From the NCBI GenBank assembly GCA_964016885.1, contig OZ024743.1:92876001-92940000 (forward strand): DNA of 64,000 nucleotides. Direction: 5' to 3'. The notes under the pieces are model-generated. The model made no database searches. It saw only the letters and a list, made by a program, of their open reading frames with translations, and was not told the DNA's origin. The stretch's first letter is position 1, and every line of letters starts with the position of its first letter. Source of the DNA: Eledone cirrhosa. Its lineage: Eukaryota. This document shows, piece after piece, positions 53,039 through 64,000 of the stretch. The position numbers and the translations under genes were made by a program.

Positions 53039-53781
53039 TTTATTTTTTTATTTTTTTTTTTTCTCATTAATATCTTTACAGAGCTATTTATTTTTTTTAG
53101 TTCGGTGACCGCTTAGGAAACCGAGCTGCTCTATACATTTCCATTTTTCTTTCTTTTGCAAGCTTCTCTCGCCAATGTCTGTTAGTTTCAAAATAATTAG
53201 GCACGCAAACTTTTTCCTTTCTTTCAACCCTACCCTTCGCATACACACCACTGCAAACGTCTTAAAAGCTACCGACTGCAAAATCAGAGTTTCTTGATAA
53301 TTTCAGATATTTCAAACTTTTATTCCGTTCGCCTTCCGAAGTAGTGAGCCTGCTATATACTCTAGAAAATATTTATTGAACAGAGATTTGGCTGCTTTTT
53401 CTAGCAGGTAAACTTAGCACATTTCTTTAGAGCCGTTCGAATCGAACATTATCCACATCTATAATAATTAATTCGGAATGGGTATCGTAGCTAGTTATTT
53501 GGCCAAGTTATATAAACAAAAAGACAACATAAGTTTTAAAGACAGCGATATCGACAGCTATGCGACACTCTCGTAGCTAATAACGTGTGTTAATTTAAAA
53601 GTTAGATGAGATTTATGTAAAATTTTATTAAGCAATCTAAATTGCTTGAAAATACTGTGTTATACGGTTGATAGTAAGAAAAATGTTTAATAGAAAATTA
53701 AAATATAAAAATTATCGTAAAAGAAAGGTGTTTAGTGAGTTGTTTTATACAATAAAACTATTAAATTCAGCATAAGCTTTC

Positions 53782-53900
53782 GTTTACGGCCATATCACGC
53801 TGACAACACCGGTTCTCGTCCGATCACCGAAGTTAAGCAACGTCGAGCCTAGTTAGTACTTGGATGGGTGACCGCCTGGGAACCCTAGGTGCCGTAAGCG
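53782..53900 (+). rRNA. 5S rRNA gene copy 62
   Basis: Full-length consensus copy. Confidence 0.97.
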
Positions 53901-54651
53901 TTTAATTTTTTTTTTTTTTCATTAATATCTTTACAGAGCTATTTATTTTTTTTTAGTTCGGTGACCGCTTAGGAAACCGAGCTGCTGTATACATTTCCAT
54001 TTTTCTTTCTTTTAGTTTCTTTCTTTTGCAAGCTTCTCTCGCCAATGTATGTTAGTTTCAAAATAATTAGGCACGCAAACTTTTTCCTTTCTTTCAACCC
54101 TACCCTTCGCATACACACCACTGCAAACGTCTTAAAAGCTACCGACTGCAAAAACAGAGTTTCTTGATAATTTCAGATATTTCAAACTTTTATTCCGTTC
54201 GCCTTCCGAAGTAGTGAGCCTGCTATATACTCTAGAAAATATTTATTGAACAGAGATTTGGTTGCTTTTTCTAGCAGGTAAAATTAGCACATTTCTTTAG
54301 AGCCGTACGATTCGAACATTATCCACATCTGTAATAATTAATTCGGAATGGGTATCGTAGCTAGTTATTTGGCCACGTTATATAAACAAAAAGACAACAT
54401 AAGTTTTAAAGACAGCGATATCGACAGCTATGCGACACTCTCGTAGTTAATAACGTGTGTTAATTTAAAAGTTAGATGAGATTTATGTAAAATTTTATTA
54501 AGCAACATAAATTGCTTGAAAATACTGTGTTATACGGTTGAAAGTAAGAAAAATGTTTAATAGAAAATTAAAATATAAAAATTATCGTAAAAGAAAGGTG
54601 TTTAGTGAGTTGTTTTATACAATAAAACTATTAAATTCAGCATAAGATTTC

Positions 54652-54770
54652 GTTTACGGCCATATCACGCTGACAACACCGGTTCTCGTCCGATCACCGA
54701 AGTTAAGCAACGTCGAGCCTAGTTAGTACTTGGATGGGTGACCGCCTGGGAACCCTAGGTGCCGTAAGCG
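54652..54770 (+). rRNA. 5S rRNA gene copy 63
   Basis: Full-length consensus copy. Confidence 0.97.
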
Positions 54771-55523
54771 TTTAATTTTTTTTTTTTTTTTCATTAATAT
54801 CTTTACAGAGCTATTTATTTTTTTTTAGTTCGGTGACCGCTTAGGAAACCGAGCTGCTCTATACATTTCCATTTTTCTTTCTTTTAGTTTCTTTCTTTTG
54901 CAAGCTTCTCTCGCCAATGTCTGTTAGTTTCAAAATAATTAGGCACGCAAACTTTTTCCTTTCTTTCAACCCTACCCTTCGCATACACACCACTGCAAAC
55001 GTCTTAAAAGCTACCGACTGCAAAAACAGAGTTTCTTGATAATTTCAGATATTTCAAACTTTTATTCCGTTCGCCTTCCGAAGTAGTGAGCCTGCTATAC
55101 ACTCTAGAAAATATTTATTGAACAGAGATTTGGCTGCTTTTTCTAGCAGGTAAAATTAGCACATTTCTTTAGAGCCGTTCGAATCGAACATTATCCACAT
55201 CTGTAATAATTAATTCGGAATGGGTATCGTAGCTAGTTATTTGGCCAAGTTATATAAACAAAAAGACAACATAAGTTTTAAAGACAGCAATATCGACATC
55301 TATGCGACACTCTCGTAGTTAATAACGTGTGTTAATTTAAAAGTTAGATGAGATTTATGTAAAATTTTATTAAGCAACCTAAATTGCTTGAAAATACTGT
55401 GTTATACGGTTGAAAGTAAGAAAAATGTTTAATAGAAAATTAAAATATAAAAATTATCGTAAAAGAAAGGTGTTTAGTGAGTTGTTTTATACAATAAAAC
55501 TATTAAATTCAGCATAAGCTTTC

Positions 55524-55642
55524 GTTTACGGCCATATCACGCTGACAACACCGGTTCTCGTCCGATCACCGAAGTTAAGCAACGTCGTGCCTAGTTAGTA
55601 CTTGGATGGGTGACCGCCTGGGAACCGTAGGTGCCGTAAGCG
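55524..55642 (+). rRNA. 5S rRNA gene copy 64 (A65T, C104G)
   Basis: Full-length; two helix-disrupting changes. Confidence 0.92.
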
Positions 55643-56385
55643 TTTAATTTTTTTTTTTTTTTTTTTTCATTAATAACTTTACAGAGCTATTTATTTTTTT
55701 TTAGTTCGGTGACCGCTTAGGAAACCGAGCTGCTCTATACATTTCCATTTTTCTTTCTTTTGCAAGCTTCTCTCGCCAATGTCTGTTAGTTTCAAAATAA
55801 TTAGGCACGCAAACTTTTTCCTTTCTTTCAACCCTACCCTTCGCATACACACCACTGCAAACGTCTTAAAAGCTACCGACTGCAAAAACAGAGTTTCTTG
55901 ATAATTTCAGATATTTCAAACTTTTATTCCGTTCGCCTTCCGAAGTAGTGAGCCTGCTATATACTCTAGAAAATATTTATTGAACAGAGATTTGGTTGCT
56001 TTTTCTAGCAGGTAAAATTAGCACATTTCTTTAGAGCCGTACGATTCGAACATTATCCACATCTGTAATAATTAATTCGGAATGGGTATCGTAGCTAGTT
56101 ATTTGGCCACGTTATATAAACAAAAAGACAACATAAGTTTTAAAGACAGCGATATCGACAGCTATGCGACACTCTCGTAGTTAATAACGTGTGTTAATTT
56201 AAAAGTTAGATGAGATTTATGTAAAATTTTATTAAGCAACATAAATTGCTTGAAAATACTGTGTTATACGGTTGAAAGTAAGAAAAATGTTTAATAGAAA
56301 ATTAAAATATAAAAATTATCGTAAAAGAAAGGTGTTTAGTGAGTTGTTTTATACAATAAAACTATTAAATTCAGCATAAGATTTC

Positions 56386-56504
56386 GTTTACGGCCATATC
56401 ACGCTGACAACACCGGTTCTCGTCCGATCACCGAAGTTAAGCAACGTCGAGCCTAGTTAGTACTTGGATGGGTGACCGCCTGGGAACCCTAGGTGCCGTA
56501 AGCG
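56386..56504 (+). rRNA. 5S rRNA gene copy 65
   Basis: Full-length consensus copy. Confidence 0.97.
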
Positions 56505-57257
56505 TTTAATTTTTTTTTTTTTTTTCATTAATATCTTTACAGAGCTATTTATTTTTTTTTAGTTCGGTGACCGCTTAGGAAACCGAGCTGCTCTATACAT
56601 TTCCATTTTTCTTTCTTTTAGTTTCTTTCTTTTGCAAGCTTCTCTCGCCAATGTCTGTTAGTTTCAAAATAATTAGGCACGCAAACTTTTTCCTTTCTTT
56701 CAACCCTACCCTTCGCATACACACCACTGCAAACGTCTTAAAAGCTACCGACTGCAAAAACAGAGTTTCTTGATAATTTCAGATATTTCAAACTTTTATT
56801 CCGTTCGCCTTCCGAAGTAGTGAGCCTGCTATATACTCTAGAAAATATTTATTGAACAGAGATTTGGCTGCTTTTTCTAGCAGGTAAAATTAGCACATTT
56901 CTTTAGAGCCGTTCGAATCGAACATTATCCACATCTGTAATAATTAATTCGGAATGGGTATCGTAGCTAGTTATTTGGCCAAGTTATATAAACAAAAAGA
57001 CAACATAAGTTTTAAAGACAGCAATATCGACATCTATGCGACACTCTCGTAGTTAATAACGTGTGTTAATTTAAAAGTTAGATGAGATTTATGTAAAATT
57101 TTATTAAGCAACCTAAATTGCTTGAAAATACTGTGTTATACGGTTGAAAGTAAGAAAAATGTTTAATAGAAAATTAAAATATAAAAATTATCGTAAAAGA
57201 AAGGTGTTTAGTGAGTTGTTTTATACAATAAAACTATTAAATTCAGCATAAGCTTTC

Positions 57258-57376
57258 GTTTACGGCCATATCACGCTGACAACACCGGTTCTCGTCCGAT
57301 CACCGAAGTTAAGCAACGTCGTGCCTAGTTAGTACTTGGATGGGTGACCGCCTGGGAACCGTAGGTGCCGTAAGCG
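57258..57376 (+). rRNA. 5S rRNA gene copy 66 (A65T, C104G)
   Basis: Full-length; two helix-disrupting changes. Confidence 0.92.
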
Positions 57377-58133
57377 TTTAATTTTTTTTTTTTTTTTTTT
57401 TCATTAATAACTTTACAGAGCTATTTATTTTTTTTTAGTTCGGTGACCGCTTAGGAAACCGAGCTGCTCTATACATTTCCATTTTTCTTTCTTTTAGTTT
57501 CTTTCTTTTGCAAGCTTCTCTCGCCAATGTATGTTAGTTTCAAAATAATTAGGCACGAAAACTTTTTCCTTTCTTTCAACCCTACCCTTCGCATACACAC
57601 CACTGCAAACGTCTTAAAAGCTACCGACTGCAAAAACAGAGTTTCTTGATAATTTCAGATATTTCAAACTTTTATTCCGTTCGCCTTCCGAAGTAGTGAG
57701 CCTGCTATATACTCTAGAAAATATTTATTGAACAGAGATTTGGCTGCTTTTTCTAGCAGGTAAAATTAGCACATTTCTTTAGAGCCGTACGAATCGAACA
57801 TTATCCACATCTGTAATAATTAATTCGGAATGGGTATCGTAGCTAGTTATTTGGCCACGTTATATAAACAAAAAGACAACATAAATTTTAAAGACAGCGA
57901 TATCGACAGCTATGCGACACTCTCGTAGTTAATAACGTGTGTTAATTTAAAAGTTAGATGAGATTTATGTAAAATTTTATTAAGCAACCTAAATTGCTTG
58001 AAAATACTGTGTTATACGGTTGAAAGTAAGAAAAATGTTTAATAGAAAATTAAAATATAAAAATTATCGTAAAAGAAAGGTGTTTAGTGAGTTGTTTTAT
58101 ACAATAAAACTATTAAATTCAGCATAAGCTTTC

Positions 58134-58252
58134 GTTTACGGCCATATCACGCTGACAACACCGGTTCTCGTCCGATCACCGAAGTTAAGCAACGTCGAGC
58201 CTAGTTAGTACTTGGATGGGTGACCGCCTGGGAACCCTAGGTGCCGTAAGCA
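58134..58252 (+). rRNA. 5S rRNA gene copy 67 (G119A)
   Basis: Full-length array copy. Confidence 0.96.
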
Positions 58253-59008
58253 TTTAATTTTTTTTTTTTTTTTTTTCATTAATATCTTTACAGAGCTATT
58301 TATTTTTTTTTAGTTCGGTGACCGCTTAGGAAACCGAGCTGCTCTATACATTTCCATTTTTCTTTCTTTTAGTTTCTTTCTTTTGCAAGCTTCTCTCGCC
58401 AATGTCTGTTAGTTTCAAAATAATTAGGCACGCAAACTTTTTCCTTTCTTTCAACCCTACCCTTCGCATACACACCACTGCAAACGTCTTAAAAGCTACC
58501 GACTGCAAAAACAGAGTTTCTTGATAATTTCAGATATTTCAAACTTTTATTCCGTTCGCCTTCCGAAGTAGTGAGCCTGCTATATACTCTAGAAAATATT
58601 TATTGAACAGAGATTTGGCTGCTTTTTCTAGCAGGTAAAATTAGCACATTTCTTTAGAGCCGTTTGAATCGAACATTATCCACATCTGTAATAATTAATT
58701 CGGAATGGGTATCGTAGCTAGTTATTTGGCCAAGTTATATAAACAAAAAGACAACATAAGTTTTAAAGACAGCAATATCGACATCTATGCGACACTCTCG
58801 TAGTTAATAACGTGTGTTAATTTAAAAGTTAGATGAGATTTATGTAAAATTTTATTAAGCAACCTAAATTGCTTGAAAATACTGTGTTATACGGTTGAAA
58901 GTAAGAAAAATGTTTAATAGAAAATTAAAATATAAAAATTATCGTAAAAGAAAGGTGTTTAGTGAGTTGTTTTATACAATAAAACTATTAAATTCAGCAT
59001 AAGCTTTC

Positions 59009-59127
59009 GTTTACGGCCATATCACGCTGACAACACCGGTTCTCGTCCGATCACCGAAGTTAAGCAACGTCGTGCCTAGTTAGTACTTGGATGGGTGACC
59101 GCCTGGGAACCGTAGGTGCCGTAAGCG
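59009..59127 (+). rRNA. 5S rRNA gene copy 68 (A65T, C104G)
   Basis: Full-length; two helix-disrupting changes; poly(T) interrupted by G residues. Confidence 0.92.
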
Positions 59128-59884
59128 TTTAATTTTTGTTTTGTTTTTTTTTCATTAATAACTTTACAGAGCTATTTATTTTTTTTTAGTTCGGTGACCG
59201 CTTAGGAAACCGAGCTGCTGTATACATTTCCATTTTTCTTTCTTTTAGTTTCTTTCTTTTGCAAGCTTCTCTCGCCAATGTATGTTAGTTTCAAAATAAT
59301 TAGGCACGAAAACTTTTTCCTTTCTTTCAACCCTACCCTTCGCATACACACCACTGCAAACGTCTTAAAAGCTACCGACTGCAAAAACAGAGTTTCTTGA
59401 TAATTTCAGATATTTCAAACTTTTATTCCGTTCGCCTTCCGAAGTAGTGAGCCTGCTATATACTCTAGAAAATATTTATTGAACAGAGATTTGGCTGCTT
59501 TTTCTAGCAGGTAAAATTAGCACATTTCTTTAGAGCCGTACGAATCGAACATTATCCACATCTGTAATAATTAATTCGGAATGGGTATCGTAGCTAGTTA
59601 TTTGGCCACGTTATATAAACAAAAAGACAACATAAATTTTAAAGACAGCGATATCGACAGCTATGCGACACTCTCGTAGTTAATAACGTGTGTTAATTTA
59701 AAAGTTAGATGAGATTTATGTAAAATTTTATTAAGCAACCTAAATTGCTTGAAAATACTGTGTTATACGGTTGAAAGTAAGAAAAATGTTTAATAGAAAA
59801 TTAAAATATAAAAATTATCGTAAAAGAAAGGTGTTTAGTGAGTTGTTTTATACAATAAAACTATTAAATTCAGCATAAGCTTTC

Positions 59885-60003
59885 GTTTACGGCCATATCA
59901 CGCTGACAACACCGGTTCTCGTCCGATCACCGAAGTTAAGCAACGTCGAGCCTAGTTAGTACTTGGATGGGTGACCGCCTGGGAACCCTAGGTGCCGTAA
60001 GCA
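59885..60003 (+). rRNA. 5S rRNA gene copy 69 (G119A)
   Basis: Full-length array copy. Confidence 0.96.
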
Positions 60004-60758
60004 TTTAATTTTTTTTTTTTTTTTTTCATTAATATCTTTACAGAGCTATTTATTTTTTTTTAGTTCGGTGACCGCTTAGGAAACCGAGCTGCTCTATACA
60101 TTTCCATTTTTCTTTCTTTTAGTTTCTATCTTTTGCAAGCTTCTCTCGCCAATGTCTGTTAGTTTCAAAATAATTAGGCACGCAAACTTTTTCCTTTCTT
60201 TCAACCCTACCCTTCGCATACACACCACTGCAAACGTCTTAAAAGCTACCGACTGCAAAAACAGAGTTTCTTGATAATTTCAGATATTTCAAACTTTTAT
60301 TCCGTTCGCCTTCCGAAGTAGTGAGCCTGCTATATACTCTAGAAAATATTTATTGAACAGAGATTTGGCTGCTTTTTCTAGCAGGTAAAATTAGCAAATT
60401 TCTTTAGAGCCGTACGAATCGAACATTATCCACATCTGTAATAATTAATTCGGAATGGGTATCGTAGCTAATTATTTGGCCACGTTATATAAACAAAAAG
60501 ACAACATAAGTTTTAAAGACAGCGATATCGACAGCTATGCGACACTCTCGTAGTTAATAACGTGTGTTAATTTAAAAGTTAGATGAGATTTATGTAAAAT
60601 TTTATTAAGCAACCTAAATTGCGTGAAAATACTGTGTTATACGGTTGAAAGTAAGAAAAATGTTTAATAGAAAATTAAAATATAAAAATTATCGTAAAAG
60701 AAAGGTGTTTAGTGAGTTGTTTTATACAATAAAACTATTAAATTCAGCATAAGTTTTC

Positions 60759-60877
60759 GTTTACGGCCATATCACGCTGACAACACCGGTTCTCGTCCGA
60801 TCACCGAAGTTAAGCAACGTCGAGCCTAGTTAGTACTTGGATGGGTGACCGCCTGGGAACCCTAGGTGCCGTAAGCG
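60759..60877 (+). rRNA. 5S rRNA gene copy 70
   Basis: Full-length consensus copy. Confidence 0.97.
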
Positions 60878-61635
60878 TTTAATTTTTTTTTTTTTTTTTT
60901 TTTCATTAATATCTTTACAGAGCTATTTATTTTTTTTTAGTTCGGTGACCGCTTAGGAAACCGAGCTGCTCTATACATTTCCATTTTTCTTTCTTTTAGT
61001 TTCTTTCTTTTGCAAGCTTCTCTCGCCAATGTATGTTAGTTTCAAAATAATTAGGCACGCAAACTTTTTCCTTTCTTTCAACCCTACCCTTCGCATACAC
61101 ACCACTGCAAACGTCTTAAAAGCTACCGACTTCAAAAACAGAGTTTCTTGATAATTTCAGATATTTCAAACTTTTATTCCGTTCGCCTTCCGAAGTAGTG
61201 AGCCTGCTATATACTCTAGAAAATATTTATTGAACAGAGATTTGGCTGCTTTTTCTAGCAGGTAAAATTAGCACATTTCTTTAGAGCCGTTCGAATCGAA
61301 CATTATCCACATCTGTAAGAATTAATTTGGAATGGGTATCGTAGCTAGTTATTTGGCCAAGTTATATAAACAAAAAGACAACATAAGTTTTAAAGACAGC
61401 AATATCGACATCTATGCGACACTCTCGTAGTTAATAACGTGTGTTAATTTAAAAGTTAGATGAGATTTATGTAAAATTTCATTAAGCAACCTAAATTGCT
61501 TGAAAATACTGTGTTATACGGTTGAAAGTAAGAAAAATGTTTAATAGAAAATTAAAATATAAAAATTATCGTAAAAGAAAGGTGTTTAGTGAGTTGTTTT
61601 ATACAATAAAACTATTAAATTTAGCATAAGCTTTC

Positions 61636-61754
61636 GTTTACGGCCATATCACGCTGACAACACCGGTTCTCGTCCGATCACCGAAGTTAAGCAACGTCGA
61701 GCCGAGTTAGTACTTGGATGGGTGACCGCCTGGGAACCCTAGGTGCCGTAAGCG
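61636..61754 (+). rRNA. 5S rRNA gene copy 71 (T69G)
   Basis: Full-length array copy. Confidence 0.94.
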
Positions 61755-62512
61755 TTTAATTTTTTTTTTTTTTTTTTTTTTCATTAATATCTTTACAGAG
61801 CTATTTATTTTTTTTAGTTCGGTGACCGCTTAGGAAACCGAGCTGCTCTATACATTTCCATTTTTCTTTCTTTTAGTTTCTTTCTTTTGCAAGCTTCTCT
61901 CGCCAATGTATGTTAGTTTCAAAATAATTAGGCACGCAAACTTTTTCCTTTCTTTCAACCCTACCCTTCGCATACACACCACTGCAAACGTCTTAAAAGC
62001 TACCGACTGCAAAATCAGAGTTTCTTGATAATTTCAGATATTTCAAACTTTTATTCCGTTCGCCTTCCGAAGTAGTGAGCCTGCTATATACTCTAGAAAG
62101 TATTTATTGAACAGAGATTTGGCTGCTTTTTCTAGCAGGTAAAATTAGCACATTTCTTTAGAGCCGTTCGAATCGAACATTATCCACATCTGTAATAATT
62201 AATTCGGAATGGGTATCGTAGCTAGTTATTTGGCCAAGTTATATAAACAAAAAGACAACATAAGTTTTAAAGACAGCGATATCGACAGCTATGCGACACT
62301 CTCGTAGTTAATAACGTGTGTTAATTTAAAAGTTAGATGAGATTTATGTAAAATTTTATTAAGCAACCTAAATTGCTTGAAAATACTGTGTTATACGGTT
62401 GAAAGTAAGAAAAATGTTTAATAGAAAATTAAAATATAAAAATTATCGTAAAAGAAAGGTGTTTAGTGAGTTGTTTTATACAATAAAACTATTAAATTCA
62501 GCATAAGCTTTC

Positions 62513-62631
62513 GTTTACGGCCATATCACGCTGACAACATCGGTTCTCGTCCGATCACCGAAGTTAAGCAACGTCGAGCCTAGTTAGTACTTGGATGGGT
62601 GACCGCCTGGGAACCCTAGGTGCCGTATGCG
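62513..62631 (+). rRNA. 5S rRNA gene copy 72 (C28T, A116T)
   Basis: Full-length array copy. Confidence 0.94.
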
Positions 62632-63369
62632 TTTAATTTTTTTTTTTTTTTTCATTAATATCTTTACAGAGCTATTTATTTTTTTTAGTTCGGTGACCGC
62701 TTAGGAAACCGAGCTGCTCTATACATTTCCATTTTTCTTTCTTTTGCAAGCTTCTCTCGCTAATGTCTGTTAGTTTCAAAATAATTAGGCACGCAAACTT
62801 TTTCCTTTCTTTCAACCCTACCCTTCGCATACACACCACTGCAAACGTCTTAAAAGCTACCGACTGCAAAAACAGAGTTTCTTGATAATTTCAGATATTT
62901 CAAACTTTTATTCCGTTCGCCTTCCGAAGTAGTGAGCCTGCTATATACTCTAGAAAATATTTATTGAACAGAGATTTGGCTGCTTTTTCTAGCAGGTAAA
63001 ATTAGCACATTTCTTTAGAGCCGTTCGAATCGAACATTATCCACATCTGTAAGAATTAATTCGGAATGGGTATCGTAGCTAGTTATTTGGCCAAGTTATA
63101 TAAACAAAAAGACAACATAAGTTTTAAAGATAGCAATATCGACATCTATGCGACACTCTCGTAGTTAATAACGTGTGTTAATTTAAAAGTTAGATGAGAT
63201 TTATGTAAAATTTTATTAAGCAACCTAAATTGCTTGAAAATACTGTGTTATACGGTTGAAAGTAAGAAAAATGTTTAATAGAAAATTAAAATATAAAAAT
63301 TATCGTAAAAGAAAGGTGTTTAGTGAGTTGTTTTATACAATAAAACTATTAAATTCAGCATAAGCTTTC

Positions 63370-63488
63370 GTTTACGGCCATATCACGTTGACAACACCGG
63401 TTCTCGTCCGATCACCGAAGTTAAGCAACGTCGAGCCTAGTTAGTACTTGGATGGGTGACCGCCTGGGAACCCTAGGTGCCGTAAGCG
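63370..63488 (+). rRNA. 5S rRNA gene copy 73 (C19T)
   Basis: Full-length array copy. Confidence 0.97.
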
Positions 63489-64000
63489 TTTAATTTTTTT
63501 TTTTTTTTTCATTAATATCTTTACAGAGCTATTTATTTTTTTTAGTTCGGTGACCGCTTAGGAAACCGAGCTGCTCTATACATTTCCATTTTTCTTTCTT
63601 TTGCAAGCTTCTCTCGCTAATGTCTGTTAGTTTCAAAATAATTAGGCACGCAAACTTTTTCCTTTCTTTCAACCCTACCCTTCGCATACACACCACTGCA
63701 AACGTCTTAAAAGCTACCGATTGCAAAAACAGAGTTTCTTGATAATTTCAGATATTTCAAACTTTTATTCCGTTCGCCTTCCGAAGTAGTGAGCCTGCTA
63801 TATACTCTAGAAAATATTTATTGAACAGAGATTTGGCTGCTTTTTCTAGCAGGTAAAATTAGCACATTTCTTTAGAGCCGTTCGAATCGAACATTATCCA
63901 CATCTGTAAGAATTAATTCGGAATGGGTATCGTAGCTAGTTATTTGGCCAAGTTATATAAACAAAAAGACAACATAAGTTTTAAAGATAGCAATATCGAC

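Larger units (their letters stand above)
47762..54651 (+). repeat. Higher-order repeat: two tandem copies of a 4-unit, 3445-bp block
   Basis: Gene starts 47762/51207, 48617/52062, 49475/52920, 50337/53782 all differ by exactly 3445, with shared private variants. Confidence 0.9.
1..64000 (+). repeat. 5S rDNA tandem array, ~869-bp unit (119-nt gene + ~750-bp spacer), ~73.6 units, extends past both window edges
   Basis: GTTTACGGCCATATCAC recurs 73 times from 833 to 63370 (mean spacing 868.6 bp); spacers are near-identical; no interruption or inversion seen. Confidence 0.99.

Noticed and set aside
1881-63726. 47 minus-strand ORFs of 60-84 aa (MQSVAFKTF...)
   Set aside because: The start is not ATG (TTG from TGCAA on the + strand); the Lys/Glu-rich tail is translated T/C tracts; C-termini shift frame freely with indels; many units lack the ORF. 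They are artefacts of the repeated spacer.
1-64000. CRISPR array or prokaryotic repeat system
   Set aside because: The unit is ~869 bp with near-identical spacers, no cas genes, and the 5S gene is eukaryotic with a Pol III internal promoter.
1-64000. 5S-targeting retroelement insertion or 5S-derived SINE/Cassandra elements
   Set aside because: All unit lengths fall within ~813-881 bp, leaving no room for insertions; there are no LTRs or target-site duplications, and the genes are full-length with terminators.

Overview
The whole 64 kb window is one head-to-tail eukaryotic 5S rDNA tandem array on the + strand. It holds 73 complete 5S rRNA genes (~119 nt) plus a partial copy at the left edge, with a mean period of ~869 bp (range ~813-881). 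The gene is of invertebrate-metazoan type, with an RNA polymerase III type-1 internal promoter (A box, intermediate element, C box) and a poly(T) terminator of 13-28 nt. The AT-rich spacer carries a degenerate copy of the 5S 3' end and several short inverted repeats. All listed ORFs are spurious antisense frames in the spacer; I see no protein-coding gene, transposon or CRISPR array. The non-trivial signals are nested higher-order repeats (2-, 4- and 5-unit), locally clustered 5S variants, a 5S pseudogene fragment in every unit, a fixed helix II C-A mismatch with one canonical copy, and a speculative structured (SL-RNA-like or Pol III-like) element in the spacer. I cannot support a claim of a new biological system from the sequence alone. 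Gene positions below are numbered from G1 of GTTTACGGCC.
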